Part shown: positions 43,865 through 55,740 of the stretch, one piece after another
How positions within the stretch are numbered: position 1 is the first letter of the stretch
Layout: every line of letters begins with the position of its first letter
From: Macrostomum lignano
Lineage: Eukaryota
Assembly: GCA_002269645.1 (NCBI GenBank)
Contig: NIVC01001285.1
Coordinates: 35,328 to 99,327 of the forward strand
Direction of reading: 5' to 3'
Length of the DNA: 64,000 nucleotides
Translations under genes and position numbers: made by a program
The notes under the pieces: model-generated
What the model saw: only the letters and a program-made list of their open reading frames with translations
Database searches by the model: none
What the model was told of the DNA's origin: nothing

Positions 43865-44950
43865 TCAAGACAAGCCCCGCTGACAGCTGGTCAAGCCCAG
43901 CATCCCAAGTGCTGCAATGCAAGCCAGCTTGATAACGAATGTTCGCCTGCTGCCACCACTGTTGCCTGCAGAGTCGAATGGCCGTCCGCACACAACGTAC
44001 CAGTGCTGATCGATGCTTCTCGTCGGGTCGCAGGTCGGATCCAGGACATCCCTTGTGGCTGCTGATAATTCGTTTGGACAAAGGTATATTTGACGCTGAC
44101 GACCGCTTGCAGACAGGTCGGTAATGTCGCCCAAGCACGGGCCGATCGGCGAAAGAGGCTGATGAAATCCGACGCTTTTCTGGCCGGCTGGATCAGCCAG
44201 AATTGAAACTGAAAGCAGCACTAAATAATAGATGAACCCCACCAGCGGTATAGTCAAGTCTGCAGTCGTCTTTGAACTTTCTGGCGAGCCGGACGTGAAG
44301 GATGCTGCTACAACAACAATTGACGTCATGCCGACTAACAGGGCGATCAGGCTGGTTTGCGTAGGTACACCGTCGCCTACGAACTGATCCAGCGGCAGGG
44401 TGAGCAGCACCATACTCGGAGTGCTCAGCAAGCAGGCAATAGCTGGACCAAAACGTCTACTGGAAGCAGTCAGCGCGGCAAAGCAGAAAGGAAAAGCTAC
44501 AGCAAACATGCCATTACCGGCTGCCACGCCCATGACTCGGTCTGCCAGCAGCGGATCGGAGTCGTGCCAGGTGTAAGCCACAAACCGGACACAGACGGCG
44601 TCCATGGGGAACAGGAGCAGGAAGGCTAAAATGCCTGCGACAGCCGCACGACCGATTCGACTGTTCCAGCCAAAACTGCGTAAAATGTCGGCGGACTGAC
44701 AGGCTACGTAGATGAATAGGCCGTACAGAGCTGGCTGCCAAGCTGGCAAGCGAGGACCGAGCATCAGCCATGCCTGGGCGTGCCAGAAGTTATTCACAAT
44801 CGGCAGGCTGGTGAATACAACCTCATTGACTGCGCCAGAGATGGTGGCAACAAGTAGGACCGATAGTTTGCGTCGCCGAATGGCGTGTAGGATTAGCAAC
44901 GAGTAGAGACCGAGAGTGGTCAGCTCGAGGCTTAGTAGCACCGGAGAGTC
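43865..44950 (-). CDS. Multi-pass membrane protein, paralogue 1 (main exon; short 5' exon not resolved)
   Basis: Acceptor TTCTTTCAAG| at 44951, then DSPVLLSLE...NNFWHAQAWLMLGPRLP...PMD...YTWHDSDP...RVMGV...GFHQ...GPC...YLC...WYVVCG. Colinear with 45864-48287. Confidence 0.85.
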   Translation of the reverse strand, partial: DSPVLLSLELTTLGLYSLLILHAIRRRKLSVLLVATISGAVNEVVFTSLPIVNNFWHAQAWLMLGPRLPAWQPALYGLFIYVACQSADILRSFGWNSRIGRAAVAGILAFLLLFPMDAVCVRFVAYTWHDSDPLLADRVMGVAAGNGMFAVAFPFCFAALTASSRRFGPAIACLLSTPSMVLLTLPLDQFVGDGVPTQTSLIALLVGMTSIVVVAASFTSGSPESSKTTADLTIPLVGFIYYLVLLSVSILADPAGQKSVGFHQPLSPIGPCLGDITDLSASGRQRQIYLCPNELSAATRDVLDPTCDPTRSIDQHWYVVCGRPFDSAGNSGGSRRTFVIKLACIAALGMLGLTSCQRGLS

Positions 44951-45863
44951 CTTGAAAGAAGTTATAGATAAAAAGCATGAATTTTAATTGGTAAAATTTT
45001 AATTCGATTGTACTTTAATCAGAATAGAACCTACGTAAAAAACCTGGTGGATGCTGTTGACGTGTCGCCATGGATACTGATTGTAATCGGGGGCGATGTT
45101 GATGCTGGACTTTGCCATTGCTGTTATTTTAACATTAGTGATTACGATCGAGTGCACCAGTGGTGTTGAACTATCTTGAACAAAACCTTGTTTCCAGACT
45201 TTCAGAAGGCTATGAAAAGTAAGCGACCGGAATGACTGAGTAGGAACAAAAAACCTGAGCAAATAAAAGCACAGATTTTTTGTTTAAGTATGCATGTAAG
45301 TCAGGTAAGCTTCTTCCACTATGCAGCCCGATGGAATTTACTCGACAAGTGGGCAAATGGAATTTATTCGACAGGTAGTCAGACGGAATTTACTCGCTAG
45401 AAAGGCGAATTTCAAGTATCTGTCGTACGTGACCTTGACTTGACTGCCAACTGGAGCCTGAATTGCTGCTCGCTTATCTTGGAGCTGCCCAGGCCACACA
45501 GCGGAACAATTGAGTGATAGAGCAAGGTTAAAGGTTGTGTGTGAGCGCATAGTGGAGCTAGCTAGTGAGCTACAGACACTCAGTGAGGGTCGCTATACAG
45601 TGACAGTCCGTGCAAGACTGCGCGAGATTTTCTTCTCTCTCTCTTTCTCTCTTCTCGCATTTGAGCAGAGCTCAGCTGTACTAGTGCTATCGCTCTCGCG
45701 CCACATTTTTTAAAAAATCGGCACACTAACAAATTTACACGTAGAGAGTCGATAAAGATTATATTTTGGATCTTTTAAAGTAAGCTTCCAGCTACACTTG
45801 GTTAATATTCAGACTACCGATCTATAGAAATCTGTTATAGGTCCACCAAGACTTAACAAAACT

Positions 45864-48287
45864 ATGGATTTAATAAAAACTTGGTACTCGAAATGGGATC
45901 ATATCCCTTGGAAGCACATTTCGTCGCCGAAAGAACAGTGGCAGGTAATTTTAACAAACTTTAATTCGTATTATTTTGTTAGTTTTAGCTCGTATTGTGC
46001 ACAGATCCGAGATTTAAACAAATCTTTTTTTCAGGTTCTGCCAACGTTTCTGATCGGCGAGTATCTGTTTATCTTCCTTGCCGCTTTAGCGCTAATCCAC
46101 GCTATTCGACAAGACCGTCGGCACGTCTTTGCCTGGTTCGCCAGCTTTCTTGCCGGCTCATCAAACGACATATTTTTTATGTACCTGCCTCTGGTTGACA
46201 ACTTCTGGCAGGCTCAAGCAACAATAATGCTCACGCCTAGGCTGCCGCTGTACATCTGTTGCGTTTATTGCACGTTCATGTACTTTGCTACGGTAAGCGC
46301 TTGGCGACTGGGCCTACCGACTCTGGCGGAAGCTTGTCTCAGCGGTCTCATGGGCATCATGATCTACATGCCGTACGACATCATCGGTATCAAGTTTCTT
46401 TGGTGAGTTTGTGTTTGACTAATGAAACAGTGACCCCCCATCTGGGTGCAGGGACTTTTTAAGCCTAATTACATTTACATCATAACTGATTACACCTGCG
46501 CTCAATTGGGCCAGATGTGCAACCGACAGCTCAGCCGCAGCTATTGCGCGGCGTATCTGAAGGCTGCGTACGGCTGTTCAGTCCAAGGACTGGGGGGTCG
46601 CCACACACTCTCAATTACCCCAGCTAATGCTGGCACTCCATTTTACAGCTGGGTGAACCGAAGCAATGCAGAGTTAAGTGACTTGCTGAAGGACACAAAT
46701 TGTTCCAGTGGGATCGGGAGTCGAACCACGGACCTTCAAGTCATGAATCTGACACTCTAACCTCTGGGCTATAACCCCTATTGTTATTACACAACAATTT
46801 ATGATTATGGGCCCCTTGATACACGACTCACGACCCCTAACCCAAAACTGCTGCTCCCGTACAGGAAATATTACGGGAAATAACGACGAACACCAATGAA
46901 CATGATAAAAATTAACCATTCATACTATCAAGCATGATAATATCATTGGATGCAATCCCAATAAATCAGCCGTTTATTCAGTATTCAGTACTCAAAACTA
47001 AATGTTAAATGATTAGATCCAGTAACGATGCATTGATAAGTATTTGCTTAAAACGTGCTTCACCAGTGAGAATGTATTGAACCTGTTGAGTGATCGGTCA
47101 ATCAATCTTTCTACTATTCCGAAAGCATCTGATAGCAGACATAGTCAGCAACACGCGAAATTCACCAACTGATTCATCAGGTGGACCTGGCATGACACGG
47201 ACCCGCCAATCAGCTATCGAATGCTCGGCGTTCCGGTAGGCAGCACCCTATGGGTGATCACCTTCACCGGGACCTTCAGCTTCCTGATTAGAACGGTCTA
47301 TTTGAACTGGCGTCGATCTGAAGCCGTTGCCATGGTTGCTGTTTGTCTCTTGTCGACGCCGCTAATGATGGTGCAAATGGCGCTGCTACAGCTGATCAGT
47401 TGGGATCGCCAAGGTGTGCCGACACTGTCCAGCCTGATGGTCGGTGTGGGTCTCTACCTGGTAGCCATTGCTCGACAGTCGCCAAGACGCTCGCTGTTGA
47501 AGCATCCGTGCGGTCCATTCATTCGTGCTGCTCCAGATTTCTCTATCAACCTGGCTCTCTGCTGTTACTATGCCGCTCTGTTTTGCATCATGTTCTTTGG
47601 CCGGCCGGAGGATCACGTGAGCGACGGCATCCACCAGACCTACGGGCCGTGCAGAGTTGAGCAAAAGGACTTCTCTGGACAGGTGAGTTCAACAGTCTTT
47701 ATAGATAGCGGATGACAATTCATGGAGTATCAGTCACGGACAGGTCATAAGAAGCAGTCGTGTAGGTAGCAGAGACACGAGTATTAGACGAATCGGTTGT
47801 GCGAAGCAGTGGGTAGGTCGCCTATCAAAATAAGATTAAAATTCCGGACGAAAACTCTAAGGGTGTACATCCTTGATCGTAGAGTAAAAGGCATATTATA
47901 AATTATCAATTAAATTACAGATAATTACAGGTAGGTAACACATTATACGTCATCTTTGTATCATTTGAGCTTGCTGGAATTGAGCTTGCTTTCAAGTAAT
48001 TGTATTTTTCGATGGCCTTACCGTAGGTTCGGCACCGCTACGTCTGCGAGAGGGACATGGACGAAGACTGGGATTTCTCCTGTCCGGCCGCCAAAGGCGA
48101 GCTGCCAGCAGACTATAGCGACTGGTACGTGGTGTGCGGCCGGGCCCATCGCAACCGGCCCCTGTGGGTTGCCGCGCTGGCTTTCTACGCTCTGCTCGGC
48201 TCGTTCACCTATTCGCGCATTCTACGCTTCGGCAAGAGGCGGTCGTATTCAACTAGTCCTACTGGCAGTAGGCTGCACGGGGAGTGA
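45864..48287 (+). CDS. Multi-pass membrane protein, paralogue 2 (uncharacterised, possibly DUF7802/CruF-like), four exons
   Basis: Exons 45864-45944, 46035-46402, 47181-47682 and 48027-48287 have canonical GT-AG junctions in phases 0, 2 and 0. Motifs DNFWQAQATIMLTPRLP, PYDIIGIKFLWWTWHDTDP, RMLGVP, GIHQTYGPC and WYVVCG. The family name is from memory and unverified. Confidence 0.9.
46432..46778 (-). mobile_element. tRNA-derived SINE with a conserved central domain (CORE/Deu/Nin-like), intronic
   Basis: The minus strand starts GGGGTTA-TAGCCCAGAGG (A box)...GGTTCGACTCC (B box), followed by tgtgtccttcagcaagtcacttaactc...cacccagctgtaaaatgg. The 3' end is approximate. Confidence 0.75.
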
Positions 48288-50068
48288 AGCATGAACTGTA
48301 GTAAACGATATTTATCTAAAAATTTTACACTGAATAGTTAATCATTTTAACTGAAATAACGAAACGCTAGTGATTTTAAATTTGTTATGTGCAATACTAT
48401 CGTTTATTTAAACAAAATATATATAAACTACTTCTAGAATTAATCAAATAATGTACTAGATTGAATTTATACTATAAAAATCATGCTAAAAAGAGCCCTG
48501 CAGGAAGTGAAGGTTGCATATATATCGTCAGGTAGCTTTGAGGTGTAGCGGATTTTAGTTCGAGTACAGAGGGCTAATTTTATTACGATTATATTTATTT
48601 TTAATAATTTAACAGTTTAACAAACACTAACTAAAGGAGTAAAAATATGACTAATAGAAATACAGCTTGAACCGATCAGGAGGGCGGCGCGAGACGAGGT
48701 ATAACAATTGAATTCTACACGCGGTTTAAATACCATACAAATTCTTGGAAGCATACGGTATGGCAAAAATTAAAGAATCATTTTAAATACACATACCTTT
48801 TGTTGAAATTAAATACAGCTAATCATAACAAAAAATAAATAAACAAAAATATATCATCTAGTAAACTACGGTAATTAAATCTACAACGTTATAGAAGAGG
48901 CTAGCTTCCTGGATATAATCTCGGTAGGTTCTTGGACATAGTTTTGGGAAGATCCACTGGTAGTTTCCAGGCTATTTATCAGTAGGTTTTTAGGCACATC
49001 TTCCAGTAGTTTCCATAGTGTTTTCTCAGTAGGTTTTTGGAGAGATCCTTCTGTAGTTTGCCGGTATGTTCACGGTAGATTCGAGTAGATTCGGGTAGAT
49101 TCTTAAATTCTTCGGGCAGATCCTTTGTTGATTTCATGAGAATTCTTTTCGGTTAGGCTTTTAGATTTTCGGATAAATCATGCTGTTAGGTCTGTTGACA
49201 CACTATCGAATAGTTATAATGGTCAGGGTCTCTTGGTGTGGGTCTTGCCTGAGGTGTGGTAGAATTCTGGACGTTTCTCTGATTCGATTCTGGATTAGGA
49301 CTTAGGGGAATTAGGCTGGCCCTTCAGACAGAATTATCTGCGTGCGAATGCCTAGAGCAAATTCCTGCAACAGCTCGTACTCGGTTGTGCAGGATTAAGG
49401 CAATCATTTTTCTACTCCGTCAGCCAGTCGTGGAAGAAGCGTGAGAAAGAAGAAATTCATATTTGTCTCTGGAAATTTGCCCTTTTATTAGGTAGCTTAG
49501 GTAGTTTGTTGCATGGTCAACAGCCGCTCGAAAATCGAGGAAGGCAACTCGACTCGCTCATCCTTGCCTACTAAACTGCATGGTGGAAGTGAGACGATAA
49601 TAAAGATTTCTATGCTGCATATGCACTGCAGTCACGCGTGAAGAAAGGGCCTTGTCAATAGCTGAGAATCTTTCAGCCTGTTTCGCAGGGTCGGCCCAAC
49701 TTTGACAGCTGTGCCAGGCTGGCTCCTACCCCCGCTTCTGTTTCTATCTGCCTGCTTCTGCTGCTGCATTTTCCTGACAGACTGTCTTGTTTGCACACAA
49801 TGGCCATCTCCAGTGCCGCTTTGGGTAAGGGATTTGCGTCTGCTGCTGCTATAATTGCTTTAACCTGGCTGGAATGTACTTTCTAATTAATAGGATGGCA
49901 TGGTGGGCGCGTTGAAAAGAATCAGTAAGGAATTTGGCTCGTAAATATGCACTTGTCTTGCGTCGATTTGGGTGAAAAGCGCCAGTTTTGATCGACAAAA
50001 ACTGCGGCGGGATGCTGTATAGACGTTTGCAATAATACTCGACGATTGATGAAAGCTGGAGTCCTTGT

Positions 50069-50377
50069 TGCTGGCGCCCCTGGTGCTGGCGCCCCTGGTG
50101 CTGGCGCCCCTGGTGCTGGCGCCCCTGGTGCTGGCGCCCCTGGTGCTGGCGCCCCTGGTGCTGGCGCCCCTGGTGCTGGCGCCCCTGGTGCTGGCGCCCC
50201 TGGTGCTGGTGCCCCTGGTGCTGGCGCCCCTGGTGCTGGCGCCCCTGGTGCTGGCGCCCCTGGTGCTGGCGCCCCTGGTGCTGGCGCCCCTGGTGCTGGC
50301 GCCCCTGGTGCTGGCGCCCCTGGTGCTGGCGCCCCTGGTGCTGGCGCCCCTGGTGCTGGCGCCCCTGGTGCTGGCGC
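50069..50377. repeat. 15 bp GC-rich minisatellite (tgctggcgcccctgg), about 20 copies
   Basis: Near-perfect array with a single c>t variant near 50209; AT-rich flanks. Confidence 0.95.
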
Positions 50378-50868
50378 ACTAGTGCTAAAGCGCCTGGTGC
50401 TAAAGCGTCTTTCAAGGCAAGGTAATTCACACAGCCAGCACAATTTTAAGATATAAATTCTCCGTAAATAAAATACTATAATATTCTTTAGAACCAAGCA
50501 ATGTATCTAAGGGAAGTAGAGAGCCACCGTCTCCAGCACTTCCCCTCGGTCACGCCCCCATTTGCATTCATATAGTTACCATGTAGCAATGCTCTTACCA
50601 GCCTTTTCACATCCCGGTGACCTCAAGCTGCAGTTTCCTCTGCTATACTCGTTACTTTCCTTCGCTTTCCTTCGCTTCCTTCTCTGCATCCATCTTTGCG
50701 TTGCTTTCTAGAAATCACTTTTTACTTTCTATTGGAGAACGGAGATCCTGACGGCCTGCCAATCATGCGCTGCACAAAAAAGGCACACAAATTTGATGCA
50801 CTTATTGAAAAATTTACGATGCGATTAATGAACGATAAAGATTTCTATTTTTATTCAATATACTGGAG

Positions 50869-52454
50869 TAGCAATCCATTCTATTCCAATTGATTTGTGA
50901 TTGGCTAGATTAGCAATCCATTCTATTCCAATTGATCCGTGATTGGATAGATTAGCAATCCATTCTATTCCAATTGAGTTGTGATTGGCTAGATTAGCAA
51001 TCCATTCTATTCCAATTGATCTGTGATTGGCTAGATTAGCAATCCATTCTATTTCAATTGATTTGTGATTAGCTAGATTAGCAATCCATTCTATTCCAAT
51101 TGATCTGTGATTGGCTAGATTAGCAATCCATTCTATTCCAATTGATTTGTGATTGGCTAGATTAGCAATCCATTCTATTCCAAATAATCCGTGATTGGCT
51201 AGATTAGCAATCCATTCTATTCCAATTGATTTGTGATTGGCTAGATTAGCAATCCATTCTATTCCAATTGATCTGTGATTGGCTAGATTAGCAATCCATT
51301 CTATTCCAATTGATTTGTGATTGGCTAGATTAGCAATCCATTCTATTCCAATTGATCTGTGATTGGCTAGATTAGCAATCCATTCTATTCCAATTGATCT
51401 GTGATTGGCTAGATTAGCAATCCATTCTATTCCAATTGATCTGTGATTGGCTAGATTAGCAATCCATTCTATTCCAATTGATTTGTGATTGGCTAGATTA
51501 GCAATCCATTCTATTCCAAATAATCCGTGATTGGCTAGATTAGCAATCCATTCTATTCCAATTGATTTGTGATTGGCTAGATTAGCAATCCATTCTATTC
51601 CAATTGATCTGTGATTGGCTAGATTAGCAATCCATTCTATTCCAATTGATTTGTGATTGGCTAGATTAGCAATCCATTCTATTCCAATTGATCTGTGATT
51701 GGCTAGATTAGCAATCCATTCTATTCCAATTGATCTGTGATTGGCTAGATTAGCAATCCATTCTATTCCAATTGATTTGTGATTGGCTAGATTAGCAATC
51801 CATTCTATTCCAATTGATCTGTGATTGGCTAGATTAGCAATCCATTCTATTCCAATTGATCTGTGATTGGCTAGATTAGCAATCCATTCTATTCCAATTG
51901 ATTTGTGATTGGCTAGATTAGCAATCCATTCTATTCCAATTGATCTGTGATTGGCTAGATTAGCAATCCATTCTATTCCAATTGATTTGTGATTGGCTAG
52001 ATTAGCAATCCATTCTATTCCAATTGATCTGTGATTGGCTAGATTAGCAATCCATTCTATTCCAATTGATCTGTGATTGGCTAGATTAGCAATCCATTCT
52101 ATTCCAATTGATTTGTGATTAGCTAGATTAGCAATCCATTCTATTCCAATTGATCTGTGATTGGCTAGATTAGCAATCCATTCTATTACAATTGATTTGT
52201 GATTGGCTAGATTAGCAATCCATTCTATTCCAATTGATCTGTGATTGGCTAGATTAGCAATCCGTTCTATTCCGATTGATCTGTGATTGGCTAGATTAGC
52301 AATCCATTCTATTCCAATTGATTTGTGATTGGCTAGATTAGCAATCCATTCTATTCCAATTGATTTGTGATTGGCTAGATTAGCAATCCATACTGCTCTA
52401 ATTGGCTAGATTAGCAATCCATACTGCTCTAATTGGCTAGATTAGCAATCCATT
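50869..52454. repeat. 42 bp satellite, about 36 copies
   Basis: Unit tagattagcaatccattctattccaattgatYtgtgattggc; ctattcc at 50881 and 50923 gives the period. Confidence 0.97.
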
Positions 52455-52990
52455 CCCATTTCTTCATTAGTAATCCAACTCACGTATTCATTCAACACAC
52501 GTGCTTGTACGGTAAAATCAAGTTTGACACAGGTCTTATCAGCACTATTCTACAATATTTGATGAAGAATAGAATGGACGATGCAGAGCAGCCATTGCAG
52601 TGCCAATGCGGGCTCGCACAGAGGGGTGCAGAAGCCCTAACTCTCCATCCAGACAGACTGACAGCTCGAAGTCCCGCAACTGATTGAGTTATTCTGCTTG
52701 GAAGGGTCGCATATTTTTGGGAATTAGATATCGACTCACTGATGTAGGACGAAGCTGGAAGACGAATACAAATGAGGACTTCTAGAACAGAACTGGCTGG
52801 TTTGAAGTCTGCTTCAATTATTGATTTTAGTGCAAATAAGGTAGGAAACTGGACTTTTATAAATAGTTTACAACATATTCACCACTTTATTGAAGCTCCT
52901 TGTACAGTGCAGACGTTCTTAGTCCTATTCAACATTGGTATTTTTCTGAAAGGATTTCTCTTTCTATTGAAAGAAAATGCTCACAGGGAA

Positions 52991-53490
52991 GTTGCTGAGA
53001 TGCCATGGCTCAACTGGGGGGAGGGGGGTTGCTGAGATGCCATGGCTCAACTGGGGGAGGGGGTTGCTGAGATGCCATGGCTCAAGTGGGGGAGTTGCTG
53101 AGAAGCCATGGCTCAAGTGCGGGAGTTGCTGAGATGCCATGGCTCAAGTGGGGGAGTTGCTGAGATGCCATGGCTCAAGTGGGGGAGTTGCTGAGATGCC
53201 ATGGCTCAAGTGGGGGAGTTGCTGAGATGCCATGGCTCAAGTGGGGAGTTGCTGAGATGCCATGGCTCAAGTGGGGGAGTTGCTGAGATGCCATGGCTCA
53301 AGTGGGAGAGTTGCTGAGATGCCATGGCTCAAGTGCGGGAGTTGCTGAGATGCCATGGCTCAAGTGGGGGAGTTGCTGAGATGCCATGGCTCAAGTGGGG
53401 GAGTTGCTGAGATGCCATGGCTCAAGTGGGGGGAGGGAGTTGCTGAGATGCCATGGCTCAAATTGGGGGGGGGTTGTTGAGATGCCATGG
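52991..53490. repeat. About 31 bp minisatellite (gttgctgagatgccatggctcaagtggggga), about 16 copies
   Basis: tgagatgcc at 53161 and 53192; the G-run length varies between units. Confidence 0.95.
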
Positions 53491-53934
53491 TATCTGGCTT
53501 AAGTAGCGCTTAGTTTCCAATTCAGATACAATATTTGGTGATCCATGAATAGGAACTCGATATTTGAGCTTGTGTGCGCGGGGGGATTTGAGAGCTGACA
53601 CAGCAAGCTGCGCCTTAATGCTGTTTGAGTACATCAGACAAGATTAGGCTGGGGAATAACATTCTGCAACAAGATTGAGCTGGATTGACTTTGCGACTTT
53701 GTCACGACAACCAGATAAGAGTCCTGTTATCCGGGTATGTTAATTAACTCTCGAGAGGCATTCTAATCTCGTACTAAGTAGGAATTGTACTAGCAACAAG
53801 GGTGGGGGTGACTGGCTTGTCCGACAAATTAAGCTCTGCTTTTGGTGGGAGTTGATCAATTCTCTGGTCAGCTGAGGAATGTTTTTGAGAAACATTAGTC
53901 TGGCACAATCTGATGTATTCATATTTTTGTTAAT

Positions 53935-54890
53935 CTCCCCATCTCCCCATCTCACCCTCTATTTCCTTATCTCACCGCCTCTCTCCCTATTTCACCCTCT
54001 CCTCACTTATCTCATCCCTCTCTCTCTCTCACCCTATCTCACCCTTCTTTCTCCCATCTCACCTTCTCCTACATTATCTCACCGCCTCTCTCCCATCTCA
54101 CCTTCTCCTACATTATCTCACCGCCTCTCTCCCATCTCACCTTCTCCTACATTATCTCACCGCCTCTCACCCTATCCCCCCTCTCCTACATTATCTCACG
54201 GCCTCTCTCCCTATCCCCCCTCTCTAGATTATCTCACCGCCTCTCTCCCTATCCCCCCTCTCTACATTATCTCATCGCCTCTCTCCCTATCCCCCCTCTC
54301 CTACATTATCTCACGGCCTCTCTCCCTATCCCCCCTCTCCTACATTATCTCACGGCCTCTCTCCCTATCTCACCCTCTCCTACATTATCTCACGGCCTCT
54401 CTCCCTATCTCACCCTCTCCTACATTATCTCACGGTCTCTCTCCCTATCCCCCTCTCTACATTATCTCACCGCCTCTCTCCTTATCCCCCTCTCTACATT
54501 ATCTCACCGCCTCTCTCCCTATCTCACCCTCTCTAGATTATCTCACGGCCTCTCTCCCTATCTCACCCTCTCCTACATTATCTCACCGCCTCTCTCCCTA
54601 TCCCCCCTCTATACATTATCTCACCGCCTCTCTCCCTATCTCACCCTCTCTAGATTATCTCACGGCCTCTCTCCCTATCTCACCCTCTCCTACATTATCT
54701 CACCGCCTCTCTCCCTATCCCCCCTCTCTAGATTATCTCACCGCCTCTCTCTCTATCCCCCCTCTCTAGATTATCTCACCCGCCTCTCTCTCTATCTCAC
54801 CGTCTCCCCACTTATCTCACCCCTCTCTCTCTCTCACCGTCTCCCCACTTATCTCACCCCTCTCTCTCTCTCACCCTATCTCACCCGTCT
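53935..54890. repeat. Degenerate about 39 bp pyrimidine-rich minisatellite
   Basis: acattatctc at 54071 and 54110; unit approximately ctctcctacattatctcaccgcctctctccctatctcacc. Confidence 0.9.
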
Positions 54891-55740
54891 TTCTCCCTAT
54901 CTCAACATCTGTCCCTATCCCACACCCCTCTCCTTTTCTGTCTCTCCCCCTCTCTTCTACCATCTGCATAACTATCTTTTCTGTCTCTACCCTTCTCCTC
55001 TCTCTCACACTTCCTTCCCACTCTGCCCCCCTCTTTCTCTCTCTGCAGCCTTTGCACATCTCATCCACTTTCTAGCGATTTCTCTTTGACCTTCGTTTCT
55101 TTGAAATTCTATATCTGATCTTTTTATCTTCCCTCAGTGTCCCTCCGTGTCCCCAAGTGCACTTCACAGCTCAATCATTTTGTCAAGCAATTCACACGAA
55201 GTCACGTATTTAAAGAATTCTACAAGCAAAGATGATCGACTGTCGATCTCAAATGATGACTTTTAGCAGCTTGAAGCAGATTCCACATATTAAGGCCCTA
55301 CAAATTACAGTTACAGTTCTCCTATTCGAAAATCTTTTCATTTTTTTCTGACATTCATGCATCCTAGCTCTTTTCATCTAGCCAGGAGGTCAAGTTTTCT
55401 TTCCCAAATCCCACTAGAACTGCCTCTCCAGGACAGAAATGGGATGTGCCGGCTGACACAACCTCTTCCCCAATGACAGAGAAATCTCCCTTTGCTTCTA
55501 AGGCCCAATGGCGAGGCTATTGGAGGTTCTGGTCAAACTCCCAAACCTTCCCCTTAAATACTAGTTCCGATTGCACAAGTCCACTTCAATGGACACGGGC
55601 CCACTGTATAAGTAAGTAAAGTGAAACACGGAAAAGTTCCTAGTCGAAATACAACTCGAAGGATAAGAAGTCAAATTCAGGTGAGCTTCTTTACTTGACT
55701 GCAGTAAAATTTTCTATGGTTATTAGAAAGATAGCAAGAT

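Noticed and set aside
46706-46778. Functional tRNA-Met gene
   Set aside because: The anticodon and acceptor stems are imperfect, and the sequence continues directly into a SINE core domain.
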